A DNA stretch of 64,000 bases from Rotaria socialis (lineage: Eukaryota): assembly GCA_905331295.1 (NCBI GenBank), contig CAJNYD010000551.1:1-64000 (forward strand), written 5' to 3'. Under the pieces are notes generated by a model. It was not told where the DNA came from. It saw nothing but the letters and a program-made list of their open reading frames with translations, and ran no database searches. The position numbers were made by a program, and so were the translations under genes. The stretch's first letter is position 1. The number at the start of each line of letters is the position of its first letter. Below are positions 36,991 to 50,101 of this stretch, piece after piece.

Positions 36991-39612
36991 TCAATACGTC
37001 CGACGCACGTCGCACAACATTTGGGTTAAAGATCTATAAAGGCACAGATTGAAGAACTCGTCCCAATGCAAATCACTGATACGAAAACAAGCACTGACTG
37101 CATCTAAAATTGAAAAAGCAGAAATAATTAACTTTCTGAATGAATGGTTTTGACGAAAAAAGTTATTCAATCTAAAACAAAAGCAGATAAAAGAAGGATA
37201 AAAAAATATCTTTAAGGAGCAGTTGTTTTTGCACTATTTCATGTCTTGAAGCAGTGCTATATTAAACAAGAAAAAAGCTTTTAGAGGTCAATACTTCTAT
37301 ACTAGCTTTTTCTGATCGAGATCGTTGAAATCTTTGCCGAAAACTATGGAGAATGTTGAACAAAGATCAATGAAACGTAACTGCTTATTCGTTTATAAGA
37401 ATATTTCATTTCAGTCAACGAAAATGGTTTGAGATAACAGTTACTCCTATTTTAATAATAATAAGAAAAAATGCTTACCTTTAAATTTTTGCATACGATT
37501 AGGATCAAGCTCGGGCTTTGAATAAGTCGAATTAGCATAAAGAATTGATTAGCTTATTTCAGCTGGCGTGAATAAAATTTTCATAACTTTTCGAGCATAT
37601 CGACCATGATCACCAGCATCATAAATATCTAATAGATTTCGACCATTATGTACCTTAACATACGAAAGACCAACATACATATATATAAGAAGACAAAAAT
37701 TTTACTTACTACTGTTCGAGAAAATGTTTCACTATCGCAACGATACATTTCTAAGCTAGAATCGACCTAAAATAAAATGTATCAATGTAGAAAATTCTTT
37801 CGAAAAATGTGCACAAGTCCCACTGTTGTTTGATTTATTTTTTTCGACAAATTCTTGAATTGTTTTTCGATTTTGTCTTGATGAGTTTCAACGCGATTAA
37901 CTAATTTTGAAATAGCATCGGCTAAATCTAAAAGTATATTTTTAGTAGGTCAAAAAATATTCAAAACTAGAGAAAAATAATTAATATAAGTGTTTCAATT
38001 GGGAACAAAATTAATTTTTTTTGAAATATTCGTTGAGTTTATTTTTACAGCGATATCAATCAATTGATTTCTCAATAATAATTTTGATGCACTACTTCTA
38101 TCAACATACCTGTACGTAATTGACCAAATTCGAATTGAAAATTCTTCGTTTGGTGTTCATTTGTTCGATAAGTCTTTTTTTTTGAAATATTTGCATCATT
38201 AGGCACTACAAAGTTAATTATTTGATAGATATATAAAAATAAAACTTTAAAAATGAATCTTAGAAAAATGTAGTATCGAGAATTGTTTGTTCTGTCGAAA
38301 CTAAAAAATAGATGTCGTTGTCATCTAAGAAGATTTCGCGTGGTATTGAAAATACTTTCGCTTTGGTGTGTACAAAATTTCTAACTCATTTAAGTGACTT
38401 AAAAGGATAAAATTATTGTATGAAACGGAGCTTTACAACTGGTTAATTTTGACTGAAATAAATTCGCTTATGATGGAGAATTCTCTAGATGGCATAGTAA
38501 ATGGAACCAAATTACCCCCAAAACAATATATATATATATGTATATATTATTTGAATCTAAGAAATATGGATGAATAAAGGATTCTTTAATTATTTTACTT
38601 GAGATGTTTTACAATAAGCTACTAGAAGAATGCTTTGAAAAATTAAGATTTACTAAAAAGTTTTTCATATTCTTTATTACCTTGTCGTGGTTGATTGACG
38701 TGGTAATTCCCATCGTCATTATCATTCTCAACTTCCTCATTTCGTTCTTCATTCAACATATGTTGAATATGTTCTTCTTCGTCGCCATCGTCGTCATGTT
38801 CATCATTGTCATCAAAATCGTCGTGTTCACTTTCACTAACTAAACAACAAAAGAAAGATGCTGCTTGTACAGGATGACATTGTTTTATTTACTAATTTCA
38901 ACATGTCGTTCGTCATCAACATCAAGAATATTCGAATTCGATGTTACATTTGATGCAAATAAACTACATTTTTTATTCGAACTTTTAGCTCTACTACGTG
39001 AACGACGACGGTATGTCCCGAATTGTTCTACAAAATAAGAGAAAAAAATAATGAAAACTCTTTCTTTATCCAAAAGACAAAACTATGTGATAGTATGTAT
39101 TTATGATTCCGCTTAAGAGAAAAAATACGGGTAATTTTTATTTATGAAAAAGATTCAGACTGTTCAAAAGGAAGATATTTGACGACTTAGATATTGAATA
39201 GAGTGATCTACTTACCCTGAGTACAATGTTGCGATTCTGGATCTTCGGAAGCAATTCGAATTCTTTTGTTTGATGATAAAGACAGATCCGAACGAAATTT
39301 AACTTTTTTGTCTATAAGATTATGTGAATACACGAATAAATTAATTTTTTCTTTGACATGAAATAGAATACATACTTGATTGTTCACCATTTTGCGTGGT
39401 GAACTTTCTTGAATACGGATCAATATTTTCTAAAATGAACGGTGAAACATAGCAGATGCTAGCAACAGTAAAGAAATAAAAAGATTGCTACCATTATTAG
39501 GATTTTGGTTTCTTCTTGATGGTGGAGTTGGTGTCAAGATATAGCGAGCTGGTATTTTGTTTTGTGTTGATCGATGTTTACGTGTTGATGTATTGTTGTC
39601 AAAATAAGCCAT
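36991..39612 (-). pseudogene. Transposon-associated BEN-domain protein (basic, acidic and coiled-coil regions, then BEN), ~10 exons, one in-frame TAA
   Basis: Spliced C-terminus GRYARKVMKILFTPAEIS*SILY...KPELDPNRMQKFKDAV...HWDEFF...SLTQMLCDVRRTY; stop at 37549-37551. Confidence 0.8.
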
Positions 39613-39923
39613 ACTATTTGTTATCTAAAATAAAAATTTCTTTCCAATATAAAGTAATTCTGTTCAAATTGACTTGAAGAGAAAAAAATAAAGATATTCT
39701 TCTAATTTTGTGTCATGAAAATGAAAAATCATCTCTTATGAGAATATAGGCCGTTTATTGATATTGTCTTGAAATGCTAGAATATTTCAGTTACAATGTT
39801 CATTGCATTATGATGAATTCGTTTCTTTGATGAAACTGTATGTATCAAGACTAATGATATTACATATGAAATCGCACACACATAGATCGAATTATTTATA
39901 CGTTATAGTGAACGAGAAAGAAA

Positions 39924-42900
39924 CTAGTCATGTTCGTTAGTACAACAAACAGGAGTTACAACAATAGTTGAATCATCTCTACAATTTTTAAAAGGGATTA
40001 CATATGTTATTATGTCGCCAATATCTATCGCTCGAAATGTATTCGTTTCTTTTAAAACGAAATAATAATGATCCATTGGTTTTTGGATGAGATTGTAATA
40101 ATAACTTTGCTTGAAATAAGCACTGTATGGCTCATAGTTGATGAATTGTTGGATTAATGCTTGTGGTTTATTATTTAGACAAAAAAACAAAATAATTTTT
40201 CCAAACTTATATGTATTACTAGCAGTATGGTATTGTACGAAATAACTAATAGATTTTTTTCTTTTTAAATATTTCATTGAATGATAAACGCGTGTCCGTA
40301 CTATGCATCGACGGTAATATTTGACACAGTTAATCATAACATTACATAAACACTTTTTTGCATGATAATTAACTAATGCATTAAATGAACTATCCTTTGA
40401 GCTAAGTACAAATAGATCAAACAGACCTAAAAGAGTTCAGAAACTATTTAGAATGTGTTTAACTTACATTGCAGTAATTGCTCTTAGGCAACCAGTGCTT
40501 GTTTTAGATGAGTATCTTGTTTTCAAATTCAAGAAATACTTACCATCAGATGTCAAATGTTTTTCTTGCATAGAATTTCGTAAATGAACGTCGATATTAA
40601 AATAATAAGCCAATAAATCATGTTGAAAAACAGTACCATTTCGATTTTTCGAAACATATCCAATAAAATCTTCAAAAGCTAATGTATTAATACTTGATAA
40701 TGGGCCATGTTGATCATATAAACTAGCCAGATGTTCATGCAAATGTAAAACGAAATTCACATGATTATGGAAATATTGAGTGTTATCACGATAATAAGTG
40801 GTAAGCAATTCATGTGCTAATAAACTTGTATTGTCACCAAAGATTTTATCCGCATGAATTAATCGAATACCCAATACCAATAAAGATAAGAAGCCAATTT
40901 GATTGGTTGTTAAATGATCAATAAAATTAGGAATAAATGCATATAAAAGTAAATTTTTTAATTCGACAGCTTTTATAAATGAAAGTTCTTCAATACCACG
41001 GAGTTTTCTATTGAATATATGTGGAAAGGCTTGAGAACGTAAATTTACATCAATTTGTTGTCGAACAGAAGGAGCTAGAGATGAAGAAATTTTTTGAATG
41101 ACACCACGAAAATGACGTAGCAGTGCCACGTGGGCATAATCAATTAATATCGAAAATGGAAGTGGAACATCGATGATTCCTTGTAAAATAGAATTACCAA
41201 GATGACCAAAAACGTTGGAATTATTTTCTTCAGCAAGTTTACCATTTGTTATAAATGAATTAGTTGTTCTTTGTTGTGTTTGTGATGAATATGGGTATTG
41301 TCGTTTACGAGCTTCTTTGGAATGAATACCCTTAATAAAACAATAAAAACAGCAGTAATATCCAGTATGACCCACCATGTTTAAGATTAGTTTCATGGCG
41401 GGACAATCACCAATGATCCCGTATAAAATCAAACGAAATGGTGTTGTTGATGTATTTATTTGTAAATCTAGAAGAAGAAAAAGTATTCAATTAAATGTAA
41501 GACAAATAAAAATTTATTATTTAAAATATATAGTGTAATTATTATACAGTCAGAGTTGAATTTGGTCCAAAAAGAAATTTGAAAGATTAATTTATCATAT
41601 GAATTGCTCAGAAGTGCTTTTAGATTTTTTCCTATACCTTTTTCTTTTATGTTTTTTATTGTTGACAAACTTGATTGAAGCCATAGAATAATATCTGGTT
41701 CAGTATATCCAATGTACATAGATAATAAAATAATATTTTTTCGTCGAACTCGAAGGTTCGGTGGAAGTTCGACTATAGATGCACTACATAACCATAGTTT
41801 AAGCTTTGTTGATTTGACGAGACTTATTCCATCTATATGCAAAATTAAAGATAAAAGATTTTCCCCTGGATATTGAACTACAAGGTTTTTGTATCGTTTA
41901 GCAAATGGAATATCATAGGCTTCATTCTGTGAAAAATGTAAAAAATAATCTTTATATTTTTGAATTTCATTCGCTAATCGAGAAACGGTCGTTTTTAAAA
42001 GAGATAATACATCAGTATCAAGAACATAAGCAATATTTGTTTTATCAGCTATTGAACAATCATCACACTTTGTTTGATTGTCTTGTAGATTTCTTCGGCA
42101 TAAAAGACAAACAGTTCTTTTTTGAAAATAATTGAAAATATTCAAGTGAGTTAATAAACCATTTATATTTGACGGAATTGAGTTCGGAAAAGGCAGAAGA
42201 CTTTTGATGAACAATAACCACCTATTTGCATTTGTCTTACTTATTTGGGATCGACGAATAAGTTGTAAAAAATCGAAGCAAGCATCGTCAAGTAAGACAT
42301 TTGTGCTACGATGAAGTACAATTGTAGGATTTTGTATTGATTCTGAATCATCTTCTTTACCATTATTATCATCGTCTACAATATTAAAACATAAAATACT
42401 ACATGTGACTTAAATCGTTTCATTGGCAATATCGAAAAGAAAGTTTTACTGAAGCTAAATAAGTGAAATGACGTATTAAAGTCATGTGAAATCAATAAAA
42501 AAATCATATTTTCTCGAATTTCATTGTCTCATACGATACTAATGGTAAACTTTGAAATATTAATGATCATGTAGTCATGCGTATAGTCACTAGCATATAT
42601 ATATTTACTAAATAAATAGTCAACACTATTATACGAGTATACCTTCGATTTCAATATTAAACGATTCATCTGTTTCACTATTATCGATGCTTGAATTACT
42701 TGAATGACGATTTGATGTTAAGATTTGTTCTTCAATATTTGATGCATCATGTAGATTTTGACTTGATGAATATTGATCATCGTGTGTCGTAATAGCAGTA
42801 TTTAGTCGATTTGCATTGCTATGTGAAGTAATAATAGATTCATTACATTCAAATTCAATATTTTCTTCTTCAGTTAAACAGTGGTCAGCAGCTTCAGTTA

Positions 42901-43027
42901 ATCTTTCTACATCTTTCTTAGCTAACCCAATACGATATTTATAACTTGTCCGCTGTAAATGCAATCGCCTTTTCTTTCTCACACGACCCGTTTCTATATG
43001 ATCATTGATTTTCTGATGTTGATTCAT
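39924..43027 (-). CDS. CMC/EnSpm-like DDE transposase, ~849 aa, 4 exons (43027-42643, 42375-41638, 41467-40544, 40426-39924)
   Basis: CxxC..CxxC finger, LHIDG, ELPPNLR, GDCPA, GYYCCFYC, IDYAH, KAVELK, NFVLHLHEH, HGPL, AFED; exons join in frame. Confidence 0.9.
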
Positions 43028-44375
43028 TTCAACAAAAAATGAATGATCATATCTAAAAGTTAAAAGTAAAAATGAAATAATAAATATAAGTAAAATGAAT
43101 GCACTCTGCAGTAGCATGAATAACACTTTTCAAGGAGATATAATAGACGATATTGCCTGAAAAGACTGACGAGAAAATGATTTGCCGTTCTATAAGTTCA
43201 GGTCATTTCTTTGTACGAATGAAAGCAAATAAGATGAGATGAAAACGATGTCTTGTCGTTGTTTGTGAATATATCATTGGAAAAATAGATATATCTTTTC
43301 TTCTTTGTACTTCAAATGCAAAAGTGATTTATTCGACATTTGTCTTGAACAAAGTAGCGAATTTGATTGGTTAAATCTATTTTATCAGTGGTGTGATATC
43401 TTGACAAGTAAACAACTATGTCAAAGATGTATTTCTAATAAAAGAGCGCATGATATTTTAAATTAGATCACGTTTTACTGTTTAAAAATACTTTTTAAAA
43501 TAATAGAAATTATCATTATAAAGACTATTTTTATCACTGAAATCCTAATCTACGATTTTATCAGATCATACAGGATTCTGACCGTCTGATTTTGAAAGAT
43601 CATACTGTACGAATCTGATGATATCAGATTATCTGTAAGATCTTGTAAGATCGAATATGATCTGCATACGATTGTTTCACCTGGGTGGTTTATGCCGTAA
43701 CAATGCCCTTTGTGTCATTAAAATGGTCGTTTGTGACATAGAAACGGTCATTTGTGCCAGTGTTACAGACAGACAGACACAGGTGAATTACGGTTTCTAC
43801 ACCCTATCCTTTCAGTCTAGGGAATATTGTATTTGCGAAAGAAATGGATACAATATGTATATACGTATACGAATATATGGAAAGCTTTTTTGAAATCGAT
43901 GCTGATCAATTATTAGATGACACTTCATTCATTTCATTTTTTGGTGTACTTAAAGTTTTACCAGAAAATAAAAAAATCTTCATCTTAGCAGTCTAAAAAT
44001 ATTAAAATAAATTTTTTCGGGATTTTATATTTCGCTCTAAATGCTTTCGCTTTTTTTTCCTTCGATATTATTTCTTTCGCTCATTTTGATACACACCCCC
44101 TTAAGCAACATCGTTTTCAACCATCAATCATCAGCACTGTATCATCCAACTACATTTTTTTGATAATAAACTTTTATTACATTCAAGAAAACAAAACGTA
44201 CACTCGGATAGTAAAAACAAAGAAATATTCTCGAATAATATGTAGAAGATAAACAATTGAATCAAACTCAGATAAAGCATATGTGTCGATACAAGAAAAA
44301 AATAGAATGAATTAATTTTATTAAGCAAGATTCTTGATTAATAAAGTTTACGGATAAGCCCCTTCAGGCATTTGT

Positions 44376-46170
44376 TCACCGTTTGGCTACACCTCGACTC
44401 TTTTTCGAAGATGTCTATAGATAATAGAAATCAATCATTGATACTCAATTTCGTCTATAAAATAAACTTACCCCTCGCGATTTCTTTTGTCGACCGATTC
44501 TTTTGTGCTTCATCGGACTTCTTGACCGTTGTGGAGCACCATAACTGTCCAAAATTGGTCTCAACTTGCTCATTTCTTTCGCTAAAATAGACGTAATAAC
44601 ACTTATTCTTGTTCACTTTTATATTGATGATAACCAAAATATACCCTCATATTCCTGAATTATATCTGTCTTGCAAATAACATCTGTGCAATATGCCATG
44701 TTATGCTCATCGACAAGAAACAATTGAAACACTAACATTGACCGTTGCAGATCATATTCATCTCTTATTTTCTTGCCCCCGTTCATTCCTGTCGAATGTA
44801 GATCTAAAAATGATTTAATGATTTAATTGATCAACAGTGTGCAGAATTTTATTCTTACCTGAGAATGATAGCTGTGTCGGTGAATAAACGGCTAATGCTG
44901 TAATTTTTGCCAGATCAGGTTGTTTGAGTCGAAGCAGGGCAAGATTGTTGATGCTAGATAATCAAAGAAGATTCTCAGTTAAGAAGAAAATTGAAGTAAC
45001 TCGACGTACTGGAGATAACCATTTTTCATATTTTGTTCAGTGACTGGAACAAATAATGAGCCATTATGAGCTTTCGCGTCGTCATTATTTATCCATATCG
45101 GATAAGGATGAAGCGAAGTGAGGCCACTTGTGCCATGTTGTACTGTGGTACGAGTGATACGCAATTGCACAGTGAAGTTTGCTGCCAAAACAAGACGAAG
45201 ATCTGGAATCTAGATAAATTCATCGTAGAAAGTTATAGATAAATATTTTTCAGAGGAATGATGACTCACAGTGATCGTAAAAATCTGATTCCAAGGTACG
45301 AAAATATATCGATTAGCACCCGAGCATTCACCTTCATATCGAGCACGTTGATATGGACATGGGGGGACTGATACTGCCATAGATGCTTCATCAAATGTTA
45401 CTAATAACTGACTACATTCGGCAAAAGTGATTGTCGATGACGCATCCTATTTCAATTGAACACGAATCAAAATGTTGTCCGATTATTGATGATTAATGTA
45501 AAAATCCCTACCACTGACTTAACTAATTTTGTAGATTTCTTCTCATTGGTAGGATATTCTTCAACCACTGTCGATCCATATGATATTTGATTATTGGCAA
45601 CATTAACGTTGATCTGCCCAGCTTTGTCTGTTGGCTGCATAAGTACTTGTTGTTGAAGTATTGATTGGTGAGGACATTGGTACAATGCTGAAAGAACAGA
45701 GATATATTAATTACAAAAATAAGTTATCCATTGAGACAAACCATCAGTTTCTTCTGTGGGATCTTCACCGATATTGTTTGGTTGCCATTGTTCTTGACTG
45801 TAGTTTTCTTCTATATCAATAAGAAAATACAAATAAGAATGAGAGTTAAATCAACTAATATATTTGCAAAATTTACCATGTAAATTAGTTTCTGCATTCT
45901 GAAACACCTCTTGTTGCAAAACAATCGGGACATGATCTCCCATCGATTCGGTCCATATCATTGACTGCTCCATCGTGGGATTTTCAAACGTCTCTTCGTC
46001 TGTCCAAGAGAAATCTACTAGATTGGGCATTGAAATTAAGGAGGTCGCATCGAGTGCAGTGATGCCTGAAAAAGAAAATGAGAATATCAATTCAATACAA
46101 ATAGAGTTTGTTTCAATCACAAACCTCCATCGTCTAATCCCAATGACTCAAATGAATGATAAATATCCAT
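44376..46170 (-). CDS. Divergent Rel-homology-domain (NFAT/NF-kB-like) transcription factor; ~10 exons
   Basis: PYQRARYEGECSG recognition loop, LHPY, INNLALLRLK, YDLQRSMLVFQ, basic tail KHKRIGRQKKSRG; acidic/Gln-rich N-terminus. Confidence 0.7.
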
Positions 46171-46531
46171 TGAAAATATATCTATTCGTTTGAATATTTG
46201 TTTTTGTATGATCGATTTATAACAACAAGTACAAGAATGAATATCTAAAAAAAAGAAACCACATAGCATACATCGAACGATGAGAATTTTGCAAGCAGAA
46301 AAATAACGCTTTTTGTTGAAAAACAAAACAAGAGAAGGTATATAAAGGTATAATGCGACAAAAAAAAATGACGTGACGAAAGACGGCAGACTGGCAAACC
46401 TATGGCGTCGTCGTATGGCTTTTTCCAACTTGCGCAACCTTTTCCTTGTTCTCCGCACTCACAATCATGACTCCCTTTTTTTTTATAAAGTTGTTCGTCT
46501 GAAAGAGGCATTATTTTTGTTGTTTTTGTTT

Positions 46532-46554
46532 CTCTCTCTCTCTCTCTCTCTCTC
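46532..46554. repeat. (CT)n microsatellite
   Basis: Direct reading. Confidence 0.9.
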
Positions 46555-47879
46555 GATTTCTGTTATATGTTGTCATCAAAACATTCACATGACTCCAATT
46601 GAAGTATCAGCAAAAATATCAGACTAGCTAATAGTTCTTTAAAAAACAAATTCTTATCTTCCTTCTTGATCGTGCAACCAACAAGAAGTATTCAAGTATC
46701 AGTTGTTTCTGCGACAAAACAATTAGAAAAAGGCAGCACTCTCGATAATTTTTCCCAACATCTTTCAGCAGTTCAATGCAGAATTCCAACTTTTCATAAA
46801 ACCATAAATGAGTCATCAGCAGCCTTCTCAATTTACTGACGATTACCTTTACTTCGCATCTCTATTTTGCTCTTCATATATATATATATGTCTGGGTAGG
46901 CGAAAATAAGAGCCTTTTTTCATGATTCATATATTTTCGAGTATTATTTCTTTCTCTTTATCACTACTGGGGGAAAAACTATGACAACACTTGTCTTTAT
47001 ATGACTCAATGTGAAAGGTAATTTCATCACTTTCATAGAGGTATATTCTGACTCGCAGCGTTGTTGCCGACAGATTTGAAATAATTCAAAAGACACATCC
47101 AGAATCTGCTTGTTTTATCATTTTAAATATAAATGAAATCAAAGAACAGGAGCTCTCATTCACTTTGCGATGAGACGTAGAGGTGACACTCAAAAGTGGC
47201 GTCTCACAGTAATCAGTTCGTTAACATCTCCTAACTTGAATTACGTTGACTCACTGTACACTCATAGTTTTTTCATGCAGATTCTATGAAGAATTGAAGT
47301 TACATCTAATCATTTAGAATGCATTCAAAAAAGTGTTTGGGTTACTGTTAAGTTGCATACCCAACTAGCTTGCCGATTCACTCATATTAGTTTAGGAATT
47401 CGCAGAGAAGGGCGGTTGTATTATTTGTAGACTTCAGTCTTTTCAAAAGAAATGTATTTCCAAGGGGAGGGGGACTCATTCAGAGTCACTCGAATGACTA
47501 GGAATGGGTCGAAATGCCAAGAAATGCTCAAACGAGTTTTCCACCCTTGATTGTAACAGCTCACAATAAGTTAAATAAACTCATTAAATAACTTATTATT
47601 CATCGGAAAGCAATTGAAATCAGAAAATGTAACTCCGGCTCTCCCAAACTAGAATCATATTCAGAGAAATAATTAAAATCTTCAGTAGCTTATAAACGAA
47701 AGCAAAATCAGAGTTAAAAATCCGGTGCAATACACCTGCAAAGTATGTTAGTTCTGCAAAAGCGTCATTATGATTCATAATGTTCATAGACAAAGCTGCC
47801 AAATTGAAAAGATATCTTCGAGATATACGAAATAGCTATACTTTAATTAATAATATATGTGTACTAGATCATGAACAGG

Positions 47880-48560
47880 ATAGCTTAGGAGCTAAGAAAT
47901 TAAAAATTCTGTGAAACGATGGATAAACTATCGGTGCCATAATTGACCACGACAAAATCGGACTTTCTCTCATGATTGAAAATTCACCATTGCCATGTCC
48001 CAAAAATACACAAACTATGTGCCTTGGTTTGCGACGATTATTTCTAGATTGATGTCATTGTTAAAGTCATCAACAGCAACAGAATATGGATAAGAACTAT
48101 CACCAGTTGAATAAGTGGTTTGAACTGTAAAAGAGCTATCACCATTTCCGAGAAAAATGCTCACACTCTCAGAACCATAATTAGTAACAACAATATCTAG
48201 TCGAATATCTTTATTGAAATCGTTTACAGCTATGTATAGCACTATTCATAAAAGAGAAATTTAAGTTTCCGAGAAAAATCCTGATGCTATGAGAACCCGA
48301 GTTAGTAATAGCAATATCCATTTTGAAATCGTTATTGATTACCCAATATAATTGTGGTTTGTTTTACAAAACCGATATCTATGTATCCAAGAAGAACACT
48401 CGAATCATTGCTATCACTGTTCGTAACAGCAATATCCAGCGTATTATCTTTGCTAAAATCATCAATAGCTATAAACGATGAAGCAAAGTCAACTAAATAT
48501 CTGCTTGCATTTACAAAATAGCCATTACCATAACCGAGACGGACACTAGTATCTTTTTCT
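47880..48560 (-). pseudogene. Decayed FG-GAP/VCBS-repeat protein fragment
   Basis: Repeats DFNKDIRLDIVVTNYGSESVSIFLGNGD, DDFNNDINLEIIVAN, DDFSKDNTLDIAVTNSDSN, broken by stops and frameshifts. Confidence 0.85.
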
Positions 48561-50101
48561 TATAATCGGCAGCTTAGAAAATTCATTTATCTTTATTGTG
48601 TGAATCAAGAAATTTTATTTCCAGCCGTGTTTCATTATAGTAAACAAAAAAGATAAGTTAACAAGCCTATTTTAATGAAATCCTTGCGAAATTCAGGTAA
48701 AATGTAGTTGGAAATAAAAGTAACATACTTATAGGATTTATTTGCTTGTCTTGAAAAGAATCGGTGAGACACAAAAAAGACTTTGCAACTTTAATTTACC
48801 ATGCACGCATCATTAAAATTCTAGAAGCAACGTAGAACAAGGTAAACGGTTTTGGGCAATAAGTATAAATATTTTTGATAAGAGATAGGCAGATTACAAT
48901 CAATTTTGATACATGTGCTGACTCATATAATTAATCTATTCAATCAAGCTCAATTTGATTAATTTTTAATGATAGTATTTTAGTCTGAACATGTTACTAT
49001 TCGGTTTGATTCCAATACACCTTATTTTGTTTTTGGATAAAGTAAATGCATTTGGACTCCTCAGATGTTGCATTTTGGGCGCATTCAAGAGGGTCTTTTG
49101 ATGTAAACAAATTGTGATGCTGGTAACATTCAAATGAGGGGAGACGAGTTCACTCACTGAGAAAACAAGTTTTATTGGGCGTGCCACATATATGGCGTTG
49201 ACTAGAACAGAGATACCCTGTTGTCATTATTAAACCTGACCAGAGGCATAGCAATATCAATGCGTCTAGTGTAGAAAATGTTCTGAAACTATGCTTTCAT
49301 TGAGGCCGATGCACAGGCAATCAATTCTATAGATATCGAATACAGGAGAAAAAACGTCCCTGATCCTATGTCTCAAAGAAAATTTTGTAATGCTCATTGG
49401 TGTTGCTGTAAACTGTATTGAAATTTATCATTCAAATGTATGATTTTCTCATGTGGTTGTCGAAAAAAAAAATAATATGACTGCGATTCAGGGCACTATG
49501 GCAGAGGTGCTAGACATTGTAACAACGCTCACATGTTAGTTCAATCAATTAGCGCTGAATCTCGTACTAACTCAAATGTTTGTCTAATATCTGCCAATCT
49601 CATCAAAGCTGGTTTGCTAATAAATATAAATAATCTGTATTTTAGCAAGCTCTTAGGAGAGAAATCGAAGGTCAGTTTACATTTATGTTACTTCACTCAA
49701 CCATGCATGTAAAAGCAAAGAAAATTACTTCGATCGACTCCATTCCAATTCATAATGGAGAAATAGGGATATATTTTAATCTAGTATTTCTACAGACTAT
49801 TTTCACAGAGAGACAGAAGCAAATATTAACTTGATGCTTGTTGTGTCAAGGATATGTGCTGCTGAGTTCTGAAAAGAACATCGATTTCCATTTTGCCAAT
49901 AAGAGATTTTTCCTTTTTCTCTTCAAATTTCCGACTTAAAACCAAAATTGATTGAAGATAAAAATAGATTGTATTTTTCTAAATTAATTATTTGTACAGA
50001 AAAACAAAATTGACCATCGATAGATTTCAAAAATTAATCATATATATCCATATTTTAATGATTTGATCTTATATAGTCACAATAGTTTCTAGGAGAATGT
50101 T

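Larger units (their letters stand above)
36991..43685 (-). mobile_element. Large CMC/EnSpm(CACTA)-like DNA transposon carrying a transposase and a BEN-domain gene; left terminus not located
   Basis: Two tandem minus-strand genes; candidate terminus ...CGATTGTTTCACCTGGG (CCCAGG- on the minus strand) with a GATC/AGAT-rich subterminal repeat zone at 43540-43670. Confidence 0.75.

Noticed and set aside
36387..37015. ORFs spanning N runs (also 967-1179)
   Set aside because: Artefacts of assembly gaps
47461..47549. Tiny CAAGGG...CCCTTG MITE candidate
   Set aside because: Short, imperfect TIR and no convincing TSD
49100..49230. Possible hAT C-terminal dimerisation remnant (…IKLVFSVSELV)
   Set aside because: Too degenerate to support without a profile search
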